DNA of 64,000 nt from Octopus sinensis (Eukaryota): contig NC_043008.1 of the NCBI RefSeq assembly GCF_006345805.1, positions 2,976,001 to 3,040,000 on the forward strand. The letters run 5' to 3'. Positions 1-12,922 of this stretch are shown in pieces; position 1 is the first letter of the stretch, and each line of letters starts with the position of its first letter. The notes beneath the pieces are model-generated. The model ran no database searches. It saw nothing but the letters and a program-made list of their open reading frames with translations, and was not told where the DNA came from. Position numbers and translations under genes: made by a program.

Positions 1-147
1 CCAGTAGGTTGGTAGGTATTACATCGATCACTAGTAGGCTGGTTGGTATTTTATCGACCCAGAAACGATGAAACGAGTCGAACTCGGTTGTATTTGGATC
101 CAGAGCATCAAGACGAACGAAACACTACAAAGTTCTTTGCTCGGTTC
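1..147 (-). mobile_element. Old SINE copy (family B), partial
   Basis: ttttatcgacccagaaacgatgaaacgagtcgaactcgg...aagacgaacgaaacac is the diverged reverse complement of the copy at 20920-21116. Confidence 0.7.
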
Positions 148-659
148 GCTTCTTTGTTTTGGAAAAAATATCACAAGTCAATATAGAATCAGTTGGAGTA
201 AAATTCTGTGGTATTTCACAGAGTGTTTCAGTGCTTTCGTTTGATGCCTAAAGAAAAAGAGCTGTAATGGGTGCGCAGAGGAAAGAGTATCCCAGCTGAT
301 TTCTTGTATTAGAGATTATATTCTTATCACCTATAAGTTTCTTTCATCAATCGTTGCGAAATATGTCAAGACATCATAAAGAATCCATGTAACAGAAACA
401 TTTTCCCTCATATGCCGAATGTGAAAACGTGATACTGCTTACCTCCTTCATCAGGGTCTTTACAAATCTATAACCTTATATAGAGAGGCCAGATTTTCAC
501 TGCCAACCGAATGACTAGGATAGCATCAGTTTACTATGGATTTGTTATAATGTTCACTATGTGCGACAGTCGCATTCCTCTCTGATATATCCATTGAAGT
601 TGCTTTTTTACTTGTTTACCTCTTACATATTCCTGGTATTACATATGAGTCAGCCGTTT

Positions 660-1073
660 TAGTTCATCGCATTGAATATTAAATCATCGGATACATTGAC
701 CTCATTGCTTGCTGTTCGAGTCTGGTGACTGCAAATACTGTCAGTCTGTTTACGAAGTACTAAGTCATGGGGACATTAACAAACCGACATCGGCTCTTTG
801 GTGGTGAAGGAAAAGCACACACAGAGTAGTATACGTGTACACACACCACACACACACACACATACATACATACACACACATACGCAGGCACATGCATGCA
901 TGCACACACACATAAATAGCAGCGTTCCATTGAGTTTCCGTCATCGAAATTTAGCCACAAGGTATCAGTTGGCAAGAAAGAACAGTAGAACATAGTTGTC
1001 CAAGGTTCGATGAAGTGGGATTGAACCCGCGACCAAGTGGTTGCAATGCAAGTTTCTTAACCACACAGCCATG
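660..1073 (-). mobile_element. Old tRNA-derived SINE (family A) with internal (CA)n tract
   Basis: The minus-strand head tggctgtgtggttaagaaacttgc...gggttcaatccc has A/B-box-like motifs. Internal microsatellite at ~840-915. The 3' half aligns by eye with the copies at 21203 and 50241. Confidence 0.75.
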
Positions 1074-1899
1074 GGTGGTGGGATTTAAGATTCATCATGA
1101 TTTACTTTTCCTCTCAGAACATTCAGTCCAGGGTTTTTTAACGCTAAAATAGTTAAGAAAGCGTTAGGAAAATTTCGTTTACTTCACTTTCCTAGAATAT
1201 TGCTTAAACAGTGAAAATATAGGAAACCTTTTGAATGAATCAACGCATGTAGAGTCTGTTTTCTGAATTCCATATTTATTTCCCAAAGGGGAACTTTCTG
1301 TTGGAAGTTTGTGACAAATTCTTTCTTTCATTTTTTTTTGTATTTGAAACCAACAGAAACCCGAGTTCGTTCTCTTTATTTTCTTTCAGTTTTCACCGAA
1401 AGATTTCTATACGACTGGCATTTGTGATTGCCTCGCCATTGAATGCAATGGGTAATAACTTTAACTCATTGCAAAGAAACATCACCCGTTATTGTAGCCA
1501 ATACAAAGAATGAACCTGAATATATTCTAAGTTCACTGATGAATAGGTGATGTAAACAGTCACGTGAGTTATTTTTATGGGACTTAATAAAATCGCTATG
1601 ACATTCAAAAGTAACGAGTACTGAACAAGGAACTCTGCTTATCAGCTCTGACGAAATGATTATCGGGTTATGTAGCATATGAAACAATGCATCTAAAACA
1701 TGGAACACGGTAGCAACATGAATGAGATATAATGCATGTATACATACATATATATGAATGAAGGAGGACAATATGCTTTAAGAGGTCAGACAAGATAATG
1801 GAGTCAATTTCTTAAACGGAAGTGATATCATCTTATACGTAGTTTGCCAATCTTTCTCAATCAGAGATTTAATATATCTAGGACTTAACTAATACCGTG

Positions 1900-2750
1900 T
1901 TACCTATCCTTCAAGAAAAAAACCTGCTTTAGCAACATCAAACATAATGGAAGCGATTTCTCAGTTTCTACTCCAAAATTCACAATGGATGTTTGAACAT
2001 ACTGAGATCAGATGATTGTGAAGGCCTATAAAAGTGCAGGAATTCCTGTTCATGGTATTTCGTAGCAGTTTTGAATAACATCAGCTGTGGGAATTGGTTC
2101 ATTGTTATCTGTTACGTTTGCGCTACCATCAACGAATATATTTTATACCATATGAGGACAAGACTTGCCAATATACTCATATAGTCCTTGGTGATAAATA
2201 TGTCATATGAAACACTAAAGATGGACTAAATCATCAGAGGTGCATTCATGCTAGGGTCGAGCAAATCGGACTTTGAGGCTTCTTTGGGCAATCAAGAGGC
2301 ATAAATTTGCTCGAAGTGGTGAATGAAGTGGTAAAAGGGTGAATGAAGATACATCAGAGAAGGTAACATTGCCACATTAAACCGTTGACCAATTCTCATA
2401 AACTGGTGTCTAGTAAGATACCATAAAATTGTATCTAGTAAGATACGATTTATCCTCTTTTGAATGTTGATCGAGAACTTAAAATGTTCAGTAAGTACAG
2501 GAAGATTTTTATCATATCCAACTGACCAGGAAATAGTTTTGTTGAAACAGGATAGGCAACGTGGGGGTTTGGCTCTGGTATTACTTTTAGACGTAATAAA
2601 TTTCAATATTCTGCGGTCTATCGGTGTAAGGTGTACTTTCCATCAAGAAATACATTTGCTAGATCAGGTTTTCCTTTGCCGTTGGATGGCCGACATAGTT
2701 TAAGAGACCATACTTCTCAACATATTTTACAATTCCGCGATTTTTAGTGA
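1900..2750 (-). mobile_element. Highly degraded Penelope-like retroelement (RT C-terminus plus GIY-YIG) remnant
   Basis: Minus-strand peptide fragments FLD (2642-2650) and YEYIGKS (~2162-2184) occur in the order expected for the Penelope RT end followed by the endonuclease. Many stops and frameshifts. Confidence 0.35.
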
Positions 2751-2987
2751 CTGAAGCACTAGTAAACTGCATTGCAACAATTTTTCCTCTCTTTGGAACT
2801 CACAAAGTTTAACTGATATGCAAATAAATGTCGGCAAACAAAGAAACGACAAAGTATTATACGGTACAGAGCGAAGCATGCGTCATAAATGTGTAGCCAT
2901 TTGTACTGAGGAGGAAAATTCTGAATTTGTAACATTGTCAATAGAAAAACTGCTAAATGTGATTCTGTTATGCTGTCTAAACATCGT

Positions 2988-3022
2988 ACACACACACACA
3001 CACTTATATATACCTGTGTGTG

Positions 3023-3066
<44 letters not shown>

Positions 3067-3268
3067 CCCACCCCCCACACACACATATATATATATATAT
3101 ACAGCCAACAACAGCCTTGAGTCATTCCCTTTTGTGTTCGCTTTACACGGTCTATTGTGTTGATATATCAAATTATCCCCCGTAAGGTGCATGCGTGTGA
3201 ATATATGTTTTGACCAACTCTAAAGGACACACACACACACACATATGTATGTGTTTATGCTTATGTAC

Positions 3269-3307
<39 letters not shown>

Positions 3308-3493
3308 TGGGTGTGTGGGTGGGTGTATCTATATCGTAATCATACATGCAAAAACAGCTACTTCTACATCTAAATTAACCATACACCGTACCATCTACTT
3401 ACAAAGCCATCATCAAATAAAATATATGCTATAATATTTTTATGTAATATATATTTTGGGTGATTTTTGGAAGAGTCAACTTCGCAATAATTC

Positions 3494-3528
<35 letters not shown>

Positions 3529-4322
3529 CGGTTCTGGTTATCCACTTCTTTTATTCTTTCATTATTTGCTTATGAGTATTGAAGTCTTTTATAGCACTTC
3601 TGTGACCTGTACATTGATCTCTGGCACATCGGAGTTTTCAAACTGTCAGAGTTTACATGCGGGTTTTATATTTATTTCTTCGTTTTGTTCATTTATTTTT
3701 CTATTATTATTGCCGTTAGTATGTTATCTTTGTGTTGACGACAGCATTGTCTGTATTGAATTTCATGTAAATCAAAATCAAAGTTGGTAAGCTGAAGGGG
3801 GAGGCTGGATGAGTGATATACATTTATCTGCTTTCTTTCGGAATGGTCGATGTCACAAGTGTGGTATAAGAGATTAAAGATTTATGATGTGCCTTAAGTT
3901 TTCCTAAGTTAACACACTATTCACCATTAATAAATGCCACAGACCATCACACTGCTTTGGCTTCAACACCACCAACCAATGTTTATAATAACGCTTACTA
4001 TAACACTATGTCTAGTATAAAATGAGTGCGTCTGTCTGTGCGCTGCTCGTGTGTGTGACGATACGTATGTATAAACATAGATATAATATGTGCATGTCTG
4101 TCTGTTTGTCCCTTTCTCTATATCACAATCTGTTTTTCTGTCTGTCTATCCGTCTGCGTGTATCTCTCTCTCTCTCTCTCTCTCTCACTCTTTCGGCATA
4201 CGTATCAATGTTTCTACAGAAAAAAGGAGACAGTGCGGATGATTGATAATTACACATATACATATATACAAAAAACGAACACGAAACACACACACACACA
4301 CACTTATATATACCTGTGTGTG

Positions 4323-4366
<44 letters not shown>

Positions 4367-5544
4367 CCCACCCCCCACACACACATATATATATATATAT
4401 ACAGCCAACAACAGCCTTGAGTCATTCCCTTTTGTGTTCGCTTTACACGGTCTATTGTGTTGATATATCAAATTATCCCCCGTAAGGTGCATGCGTGTGA
4501 ATATATGTTTTGACCAACTCTAAAGGACACACACACACACACATATGTATGTGTTTATGCTTATGTACATATATGTGTGTGTGGGGGGGGTGTATCTATA
4601 TCGTAATCATACATGCAAAAACAGCTACTTCTACATCTAAATTAACCATACACCGTACCATCTACTTACAAAGCCATCATCAAATAAAATATATGCTATA
4701 ATATTTTTATGTAATATATATTTTGGGTGATTTTTGGAAGAGTCAACTTCGCAATAATTCAACACACACACACACACACACACACAAACCGGTTCTGGTT
4801 ATCCACTTCTTTTATTCTTTCATTATTTGCTTATGAGTATTGAAGTCTTTTATAGCACTTCTGTGACCTGTACATTGATCTCTGGCACATCGGAGTTTTC
4901 AAACTGTCAGAGTTTACATGCGGGTTTTATATTTATTTCTTCGTTTTGTTCATTTATTTTTCTATTATTATTGCCGTTAGTATGTTATCTTTGTGTTGAC
5001 GACAGCATTGTCTGTATTGAATTTCATGTAAATCAAAATCAAAGTTGGTAAGCTGAAGGGGGAGGCTGGATGAGTGATATACATTTATCTGCTTTCTTTC
5101 GGAATGGTCGATGTCACAAGTGTGGTATAAGAGATTAAAGATTTATGATGTGCCTTAAGTTTTCCTAAGTTAACACACTATTCACCATTAATAAATGCCA
5201 CAGACCATCACACTGCTTTGGCTTCAACACCACCAACCAATGTTTATAATAACGCTTACTATAACACTATGTCTAGTATAAAATGAGTGCGTCTGTCTGT
5301 GCGCTGCTCGTGTGTGTGACGCTACGTATGTATAAACATAGATATAATATGTGCATGTCTGTCTGTTTGTCCCTTTCTCTATATCACAATCTGTTTTTCT
5401 GTCTGTCTATCCGTCTGCGTGTATCTCTCTCTCTCTCTCACTCTTTCGGCATACGTATCAATGTTTCTACAGAAAAAAGGAGACAGTGCGGATGATTGAT
5501 AATTACACATATACATATATACAAAAAACGAACACGAAACACAC

Positions 5545-5556
<12 letters not shown>
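2988..5556. repeat. Near-identical tandem duplication, unit ~1.25-1.30 kb
   Basis: Copy 1 is ~2988-4285 and copy 2 ~4286-5556. The offset steps 1300, 1267, 1261, 1253 only across microsatellites. One substitution noticed (4061 A vs 5322 C). ORF translations are duplicated. Confidence 0.95.
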
Positions 5557-5629
<73 letters not shown>

Positions 5630-5640
5630 TATATATGTAT

Positions 5641-5694
<54 letters not shown>

Positions 5695-6207
5695 AATATT
5701 TGTACATATATATATATATATGTATATATACAAATATACACATACACGCACATACAAGTTCTCTCACACATTCTCTATCAGTCCCTCTCTCTCTCTCTCA
5801 CACACATACACACACACACACACACACGCGTGTGTGTATGTATTATTGTAAACGGTTTCTCCCCTACAACATCATGTACGCAATATGTTTTATAAAGAAA
5901 TGATATTCCTTAATAGTAGAGTGAAATATATCGCACAACTTTGAAGCCATATTTCATGTTAAATTGAGCAGGATCAATAGAATTTCGATTTGGTAGGAAT
6001 TATTTTCTGGAACTCAATGACTCGGACCTACTTTTAATAAATAAATAAATACATATATATATGTGTGTGTGTGTGTGTGTGTATGTATGCTTGTGTGTGA
6101 ATGGCTGATGTTATGTTAAACTTCCGTGTGTCCAAATTTGCCCGTGTGCGTTCTTATCAATATTTATATTTGCTTTTAATAGCCAGTTCTTTTGTTCAAA
6201 GTATCGT

Positions 6208-6249
<42 letters not shown>

Positions 6250-6492
6250 AACTTATACACATATAAATACATAAACATATATATATTTATACATACACAT
6301 GTATATGTACGTAAATACATGCATACGTACATACATACGTACGTACATACATTCATACATACATTCATACATACATACATTCATACATACGTACATACAT
6401 ACATACATACATACATACATACATACATACATACATACACACATACATACATACACACATACATACATACATACACACATACATACATACAT
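5557..6492. repeat. Microsatellite cluster: (TA)n, (CT)n, (CA)n, (CATA)n
   Basis: Read directly: imperfect (TA)n at ~5557-5725 and (CATA)n at ~6320-6492. Confidence 0.95.
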
Positions 6493-7397
6493 GCGTACCT
6501 CAGAACTAACTACATATCCAGAGAACATGATTTTGCCGTATAAATTATCAGCAACAAACCACTGAAGTTTTATTTGTTTCTGAAAATTCTATTTTCTGTT
6601 TTCTCCTGAAAGCATTAGAAATCTTGAAGTAGATGTAGCTATACTAACATATTCGATACTGAATCGTAAGAAAATGTTTTCTTTTTTTCTGATTTATCTC
6701 AAAATGAGAAAATAATAATAACGAAGTAATCTTTACACAATTCATATTGGGTAAAGCAATTTCATATGTGTAAGTATATTTTTATATTTGGTACAGAGAA
6801 AAAAAAAACACTTGTTCTTATATATTTGCAAGTTATTACTTTATCACGCTATATATTTCATGCCACATATTCGATGTTATCCCCCAGCAGTGTGTGATTG
6901 TGTATTCTACTGAGACGAATTCAATTAAATCTACTATCAGCATTGAATAATACATACATTCCTCCGTCTAAATTGACAACAAATAAAGAACGCAAGCATT
7001 TCACCAAATATATTAATAGATATTTCGAAATGTTGTTTTATAAACGGATGTCACTATCGATATATTACATGACTGTAAAAGATATAGTTGAACAGAGAAT
7101 AAATTTGATATTCTCGCAAATGCCTGCCCAGACCTTTTGCGAACGGGAATGCAAAAATATCATATTTCAGCAACTTCGCTCCGAAAACTGTCCCGTTTCT
7201 CGTTATTCGATCACCAAGTTATACTGAAGGCCAATTAATTCAGATTTCCAAAAGCTAATCACTTCCGTATAATCACGTAGAAATATTTCTTTCGATATTC
7301 TTTTGTACTATAAAGCACCGCAAAATCATGACCAGATTGAACAGCAATAATGGCAACCGCAATAGTATCGGTACCAAGAAAAGAAACAACCATCGCA

Positions 7398-8271
7398 TAT
7401 TTGGTCTGATCAATAAGGTCCGGACTGTTGCCATAGTAACGAAGCTAAAGCACGCAGAGTGTAGCCGCTGGGCAAAGATTAACCTTACCTCTGTTGTGCA
7501 TAAGCACCAAGTTTTAGCGTTCTAGCTAACTTCTGCTGTAAACAGCAGTGCTTGGAAGCAGTGTGATCGTCGCATTGACAATGACGGAGAAAGTTTTCAT
7601 AGCGATACCTGCTCAGAGGCCTAAGACATATTTGCAGAAATTGTATGGAGCGGAGTGTATGAGCCGCAGACAAGTATACGAGTGGTTTCCAAGATGACCG
7701 AAAAATGTTGATATTGACGAACGCTCTAGGACATCATCGACCAGCACAACTGGAAAAAAATATCGCAGATGTGTGCGCAACTGTCAAGGGAAATCATCGA
7801 ATCACCATCCGTGAGTTATCAGACAATGTTCTCATTAGTTACGCTTTATTTCAGTTCATTATCTCTGAAGAGTTGTGTATGAGACACGTGTCTGCCAAGC
7901 TTGTGCCAAAACTGCTTTTAGTTGACCAAAAACACAGTCGGGTTTCAGTTGCACAAGGTCGCATTGAACCTGATGAAAACGATGAAAACCTTTTGAAAAC
8001 TTTGTGTAGGCCTTTCAGCAGATATCGCCAAGCTTTTGGCAAGATTTTATGCAGGTTTCGTGCTTAACCTTTTCTGTTATGGTCAAGTCGATGATCACAC
8101 GCTACACACCTTCCTTCCAGACACTGCTGTAAACAGCGGAAGTGAGCTAGAACATTAAAATTTAGTGCGCATGCACAGCAGAGTATAAGATAAATCTGCG
8201 CAAACGGCTTCACGCGACGTGCTTTTGCGTCGTTACTATGGCAGCAATCCGGATACAGATTAGACCACGTA
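7398..8271 (+). mobile_element. Mariner-derived non-autonomous element with two inverted 5' ends (foldback)
   Basis: TA-flanked ends are ggtctgatcaataaggtccggactgttgccatagtaacg and its inverted equivalent ending at 8271. The left arm encodes a broken transposase N-terminus (LQKLYGAECMSRRQVYEWF; RITIRELS; MRHVSAKLVPKLL, WVPHEL-like). The right arm (~7990-8271) is a second 5' end on the minus strand. Confidence 0.85.
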
Positions 8272-8397
8272 ATCTGGCCAGTGATAGATTGGGTATTTTG
8301 CCGTAACGGTTATAGATATCCACAATGATTCCGGAATATCACTGCATAAAGTCTCCCACGTGTTTGAAATTGGGTCAACTGTATATATATATATATA

Positions 8398-8518
8398 TTT
8401 CTTTATTGCCCACAAGGGGCTAAACATAGAGGGGACAGACAAACGGATTAAGTCGATTACATCGACCCCAGTGCTAAACTGGTATTTTATTTATCGACCC
8501 CGAAAGGATAAAAGGCAG
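8398..8518 (-). mobile_element. SINE family B, 3' fragment
   Basis: aagtcgattacatcgaccccagtgctaaactggtattttatttatcgaccccgaaaggataaaaggc matches the family B core in reverse. Confidence 0.8.
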
Positions 8519-9410
8519 CTGCATATAATAAACGCAAATTGAATGGATTTTCGTAGGACTGCCTTATCCTTAAACAGCATAGTTGTTTAAAAAAATATAT
8601 ATTTTCTGTTTTACTACATTAACAGTAACATGTTGCTTGTCACTGCTAAAGCCCAAGTCAACAGGTTTCAAAATACATCTCCACTCTTCTCAATCACCAC
8701 AATCACTGCATTCCTCAGAGATTCTACAAATGACAACCTCTACCACCATCACTGCATTCTCTATCACCATCGCTCCCGTGTCACTCAAGCTACAGTGTGT
8801 GTGGATGCGCAACCTCCGCCCTCGCTCTTAATCCAGGCCTTCACTTAGATATCGAAATTACTGGCTTCAAATTACATTGCTTTATCTATCCCTAGGTATT
8901 CTATAACTGCAGACGTGACAAAATGATCGTTGCCGCTGGAATGCATTTGGGTATAAATTTCTCCAATCAAGATGAACTTCACGATCATAGCAACAATCAT
9001 TATTCATATTATCCACACAATTTATTCTAATTATCACATCGAAAACAACCACAAAATATAAGTTAACATAATTAAGGTTAGCAAAGTGTCAAATAGTAAA
9101 ATCTCATGTGTGTATGTAAACGAAGGGCAAGAAATTGATAAATAAATAGAACTTGTAATTTTGTTGAAGTAGCATCTCCTGATAGTTTCAGTCATTGAAC
9201 CGAAGCCATTCCAATACATTGCCTTCAGCGATTTTCTGCAAGGAGACAGAGATCAGTACTAGTTAGGTTGAATTCTTCAAAGTTAGGTAATATGTTTCGA
9301 AGTCTGAAATGTTCAGCAACTCTGTAAACAGAAGTTAAAGTTACCCAAACGCTATATAGCATTTTACGAAAGGCTCCGCCAATTAGACAAGGGCTGATAG
9401 TGTGTGAGTC

Positions 9411-9488
<78 letters not shown>

Positions 9489-10049
9489 GTGTGTGTGTGT
9501 GTATGTGTGTGTGTGTGCAAGCATAGATGTATATGTCTGTCTGTTTATATGTAGACACACACATATAATTGTTTGATGTAATTAAAAGAGCGGTGTACTC
9601 TCTTTAGCATCTACCTTCACTGATTAACTTCACTGAGCAGAATTCCTAGTTCTCGGTTCGCTCGTACCGCATATTTAAGGATTCATGTTAAGTTTGTTAG
9701 TATTATGATTTTATTTTAAGAAATATTTACCTGTCACTCACTTAACATGTATGAATGCTGTATAGAGATATACAGTAAAATTCTAAATATGAATTCTGCA
9801 TAGAGACCTTCTAGGTACATTACGCCAGCAAAAAAGGTGAGCATGTTACACCTGGATTTTCTGAGATCACAGTCCCCCATTTGTTCGGAAGCGCGCAGAT
9901 TTAATAAATAAAACTATATATTTCCATTCGATGTATTTTGGTTAATTTATGTTAAATTGAGATAATTGTATTTTTTTATAGCGAATATTTTGTTACAAAC
10001 AAATATCTCCGAAATTTACATGTGGCAATGAAAGCAGAGTTCACATGGT

Positions 10050-10420
10050 TTAGTTCCAGTATGTAAGACTAAATCTAGCAGGCCTATGATCAAGGGCGTT
10101 TTGTTATTGTCCAATTCGAAGGTTGTATAAGAAGTTAAATCTAACATGTCGTACATTCGAGAAACCGGTAGAAGTCTCACCACAGGCAGAGAAGTCGTAA
10201 GTATTCTAACAGATCCATTTGCTTCACAGATCATTTGTCAAAGTCACGACATCATAAATTGAATAAACTTGTACAAGTTTAAGTAGACACAGAATTATAA
10301 TATGAGATTCATGGGCATACTTTCAATAGCATAATATATCTTAAAATGTCGGAAGCTGTACGGATAAGAGTTGTCCCTGTTTTGAACCAAATACTCGTTA
10401 ACACTTCAATTGTGGCATCT
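10050..10420 (+). mobile_element. Penelope-like GIY-YIG endonuclease C-terminal remnant
   Basis: From 10146 the frame reads MSYIRETGRSLTT (compare Penelope YIGETGRSL). From 10346 it reads MSEAVRIRVVPVLNQ (compare the Penelope EA.I...P.LN terminus). Confidence 0.55.
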
Positions 10421-10854
10421 GTCATACAAAACACAAGAAAATCGCTTTGCGTACATAGGGAAATACACCTACATTAATTGTGTGTGTGTGTGTTTGTTTG
10501 TGTGTTTGACCGCGTGTGGTGCACTACAGCGTATATGAGAAGAAATGATATCATTTTCAAACTAGACTACTGTAGAGACCCACGAGGATAGGGTCTCCAA
10601 TAGCTATACTCTTGACCTTAAGCGCTGCTACCGGGCTCAAATGAATGTTTTCGAAAGGATCCTCCTGAGCAGTGTTTGTCAACGATTGTTTTGCCTATGG
10701 ACTCCTTTGATTACTGTTTTACGTGAATGAACCCCCGTAACCATTCATTATTTAAAATATCCTATTGTATTTTTGTAATTAATCCAGTTTTGCCAATTGT
10801 TTTAATTCTCTGTAATCTCTCATAATTATGATTAAGCACTAACGTCTTAGTATG

Positions 10855-11450
10855 ATAGTAGTATATTCCTTCTATTTTTCCGTCATTCTCTCCCCGCCTC
10901 TCTCTCTCTCTCTCGCTCTTTCTTTGTATCTTTCTCCAGTTTTCATCATATCTGCCAAGGCAGTTATACTACCCTTATTCCTTGAATTGTTTCTTTGCTC
11001 CTTCTTCTATACTCCTATAGCCATATCCTACCCTTAACTGAAATCTAATCCTCTCTAATCTCTCGTACATTTCTCCCTATCTCATCAGCCGTCCTGCTCA
11101 GCCATCCCCACCACCGTTCCTTCATCTCATTGCTTTCTCTCTCTGTTTTCTCTGTGGTCAGTTGATTTAAGGTCTGCTTATTGGCAAACCCTTTCTCCAG
11201 TGGCGTCTACATTTAACCATACTGACCTTATCTACTCCTCCCTCTTCCCTTCACTTCAATTCTTCTGTTCATTCCTATAATTACTGACCTCTTCCTCCCT
11301 ATCTCTACCTCGTCTCTTTTAATGCACTTCCGCTACCTTTCTAGCCCCAATTCTAACATATTTACATATCCCCTCTCCCTACATCTTCTCCTTTGTTTCC
11401 TTTCACCCCTTCACACTTTAAGGTTTTCACCCTACTATGTAAACTGCTGC
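10855..11450 (+). repeat. Cryptic polypyrimidine (CT-rich) tract
   Basis: About 600 bp with very few G on the plus strand, built of decayed TC/TCC/TTC units. Confidence 0.7.
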
Positions 11451-11814
11451 TTTCAAATCCTTTTGTCTTTATGAATCAAGACGGTCGAAAGGTAATTTGC
11501 TGACTTTTGCGCAAACAATCTGCTAATTATGAGTCTTACGATAATTCTATAACTTCGAGATTCCAGAAACAGCGATCGATTAAAAAAAAAATCTAAGTAT
11601 TTCCCCTTAGTATTTGCTATGGTTTTGCTCTGTGTGGAGAAAAGATTCTTCTTATAGCAAAACGGTGTCCAGTGTTGCATTCTCTTGAATTTTCAGACGC
11701 GTTTCTAGCACTTTAGTCGTTATGAATTGGAAATACCGAAGAAAACAACTCTGGATAAGCTCAAGCAAAATCTAGCGACAACGCAGTGGAGGACATCGAC
11801 CTGTTCTCGCCATA

Positions 11815-11922
11815 AGATATATATATATACATATATAGACACGCACAATTACATTCATACATATATAGATATATATAGACATACATATAGACATATAAAT
11901 ATATATACACACACACACACAT

Positions 11923-11995
<73 letters not shown>

Positions 11996-12005
11996 TATAA
12001 GTATG
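11815..12005. repeat. (TA)n/(CA)n microsatellite
   Basis: Read directly; pure (TA)n at ~11925-11992. Confidence 0.95.
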
Positions 12006-12227
12006 TATATGTATATATTTGCTTACATGGAAATTGGCAAGAGCTTAAGCATGAGTCAACTTGATATACACACATGTATACGCGTCGATTTGTCTGGTTT
12101 TGTCAGTTTTCATTTTTTCATGTTCAACGATGTAAATCGTGGCTGCGTTCCACGTTGAAACACCTAAGTTAACGCATCGATAATTCAGAATTCAGGAAAT
12201 TATGTACCATACTGTAATAATTACAGA

Positions 12228-12310
12228 GGTCGCAATGATCGATTGAAATCCTTCAAGAACATGCCCCAGCATGGCCGTAGCCAATGAAAGAAATCTGTGA
12301 TATAATAAAA
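12228..12310 (+). mobile_element. SINE family A, 3' fragment
   Basis: aaatccttcaagaacatgccccagcatggccgtagccaatga resembles the family A tail (ggcggtgctccagcatggccgcagtc). Confidence 0.55.
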
Positions 12311-12609
12311 TACCACTTCTCTAAATAGACAGACACCGAGCAGACCATGACAGCTGTAGCCTTATCTCTGCAATAGCTTCAATATTGACCTTTAACAGCG
12401 ATTCCTGAAGCAGAGCGTGACATCAAACAGCGCCAGACAATGGCAATTGCTAATATTTCATTCAAATAAATAATTTCACAGAGACGACAACGTGAAGTTC
12501 AAAACTAAAGGTTGATATTGTGTTGTGCATTCAAAAGATGAATAGTTTGGGCAATTGTTAGTAGAAAAATGTATGTATGTATATATATACATCCATATGT
12601 ATATATATA

Positions 12610-12656
<47 letters not shown>

Positions 12657-12866
12657 GAGAGAGAGAGAGGGAAAGAGAGGGAAAGACAGGCAGAGGGAGG
12701 GAGAAAGAGTGAGAGAGAGAAGGAGGGAGAAGAGGTTTCCGAAATTGAAGAGATTATATTTAAATCGAAGTAAACCAGCTGTTCGATATAACATGCGTTT
12801 ACACATAATGGACATCTTATATACGTACGCATAATAAGCACATGCATACAAACATATATATATACA

Positions 12867-12922
<56 letters not shown>

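Noticed and set aside
12403-12475. Possible terminal exon (IPEAERDIKQRQTMAIANISFK*) after tttaacag
   Set aside because: Too short to distinguish from chance.
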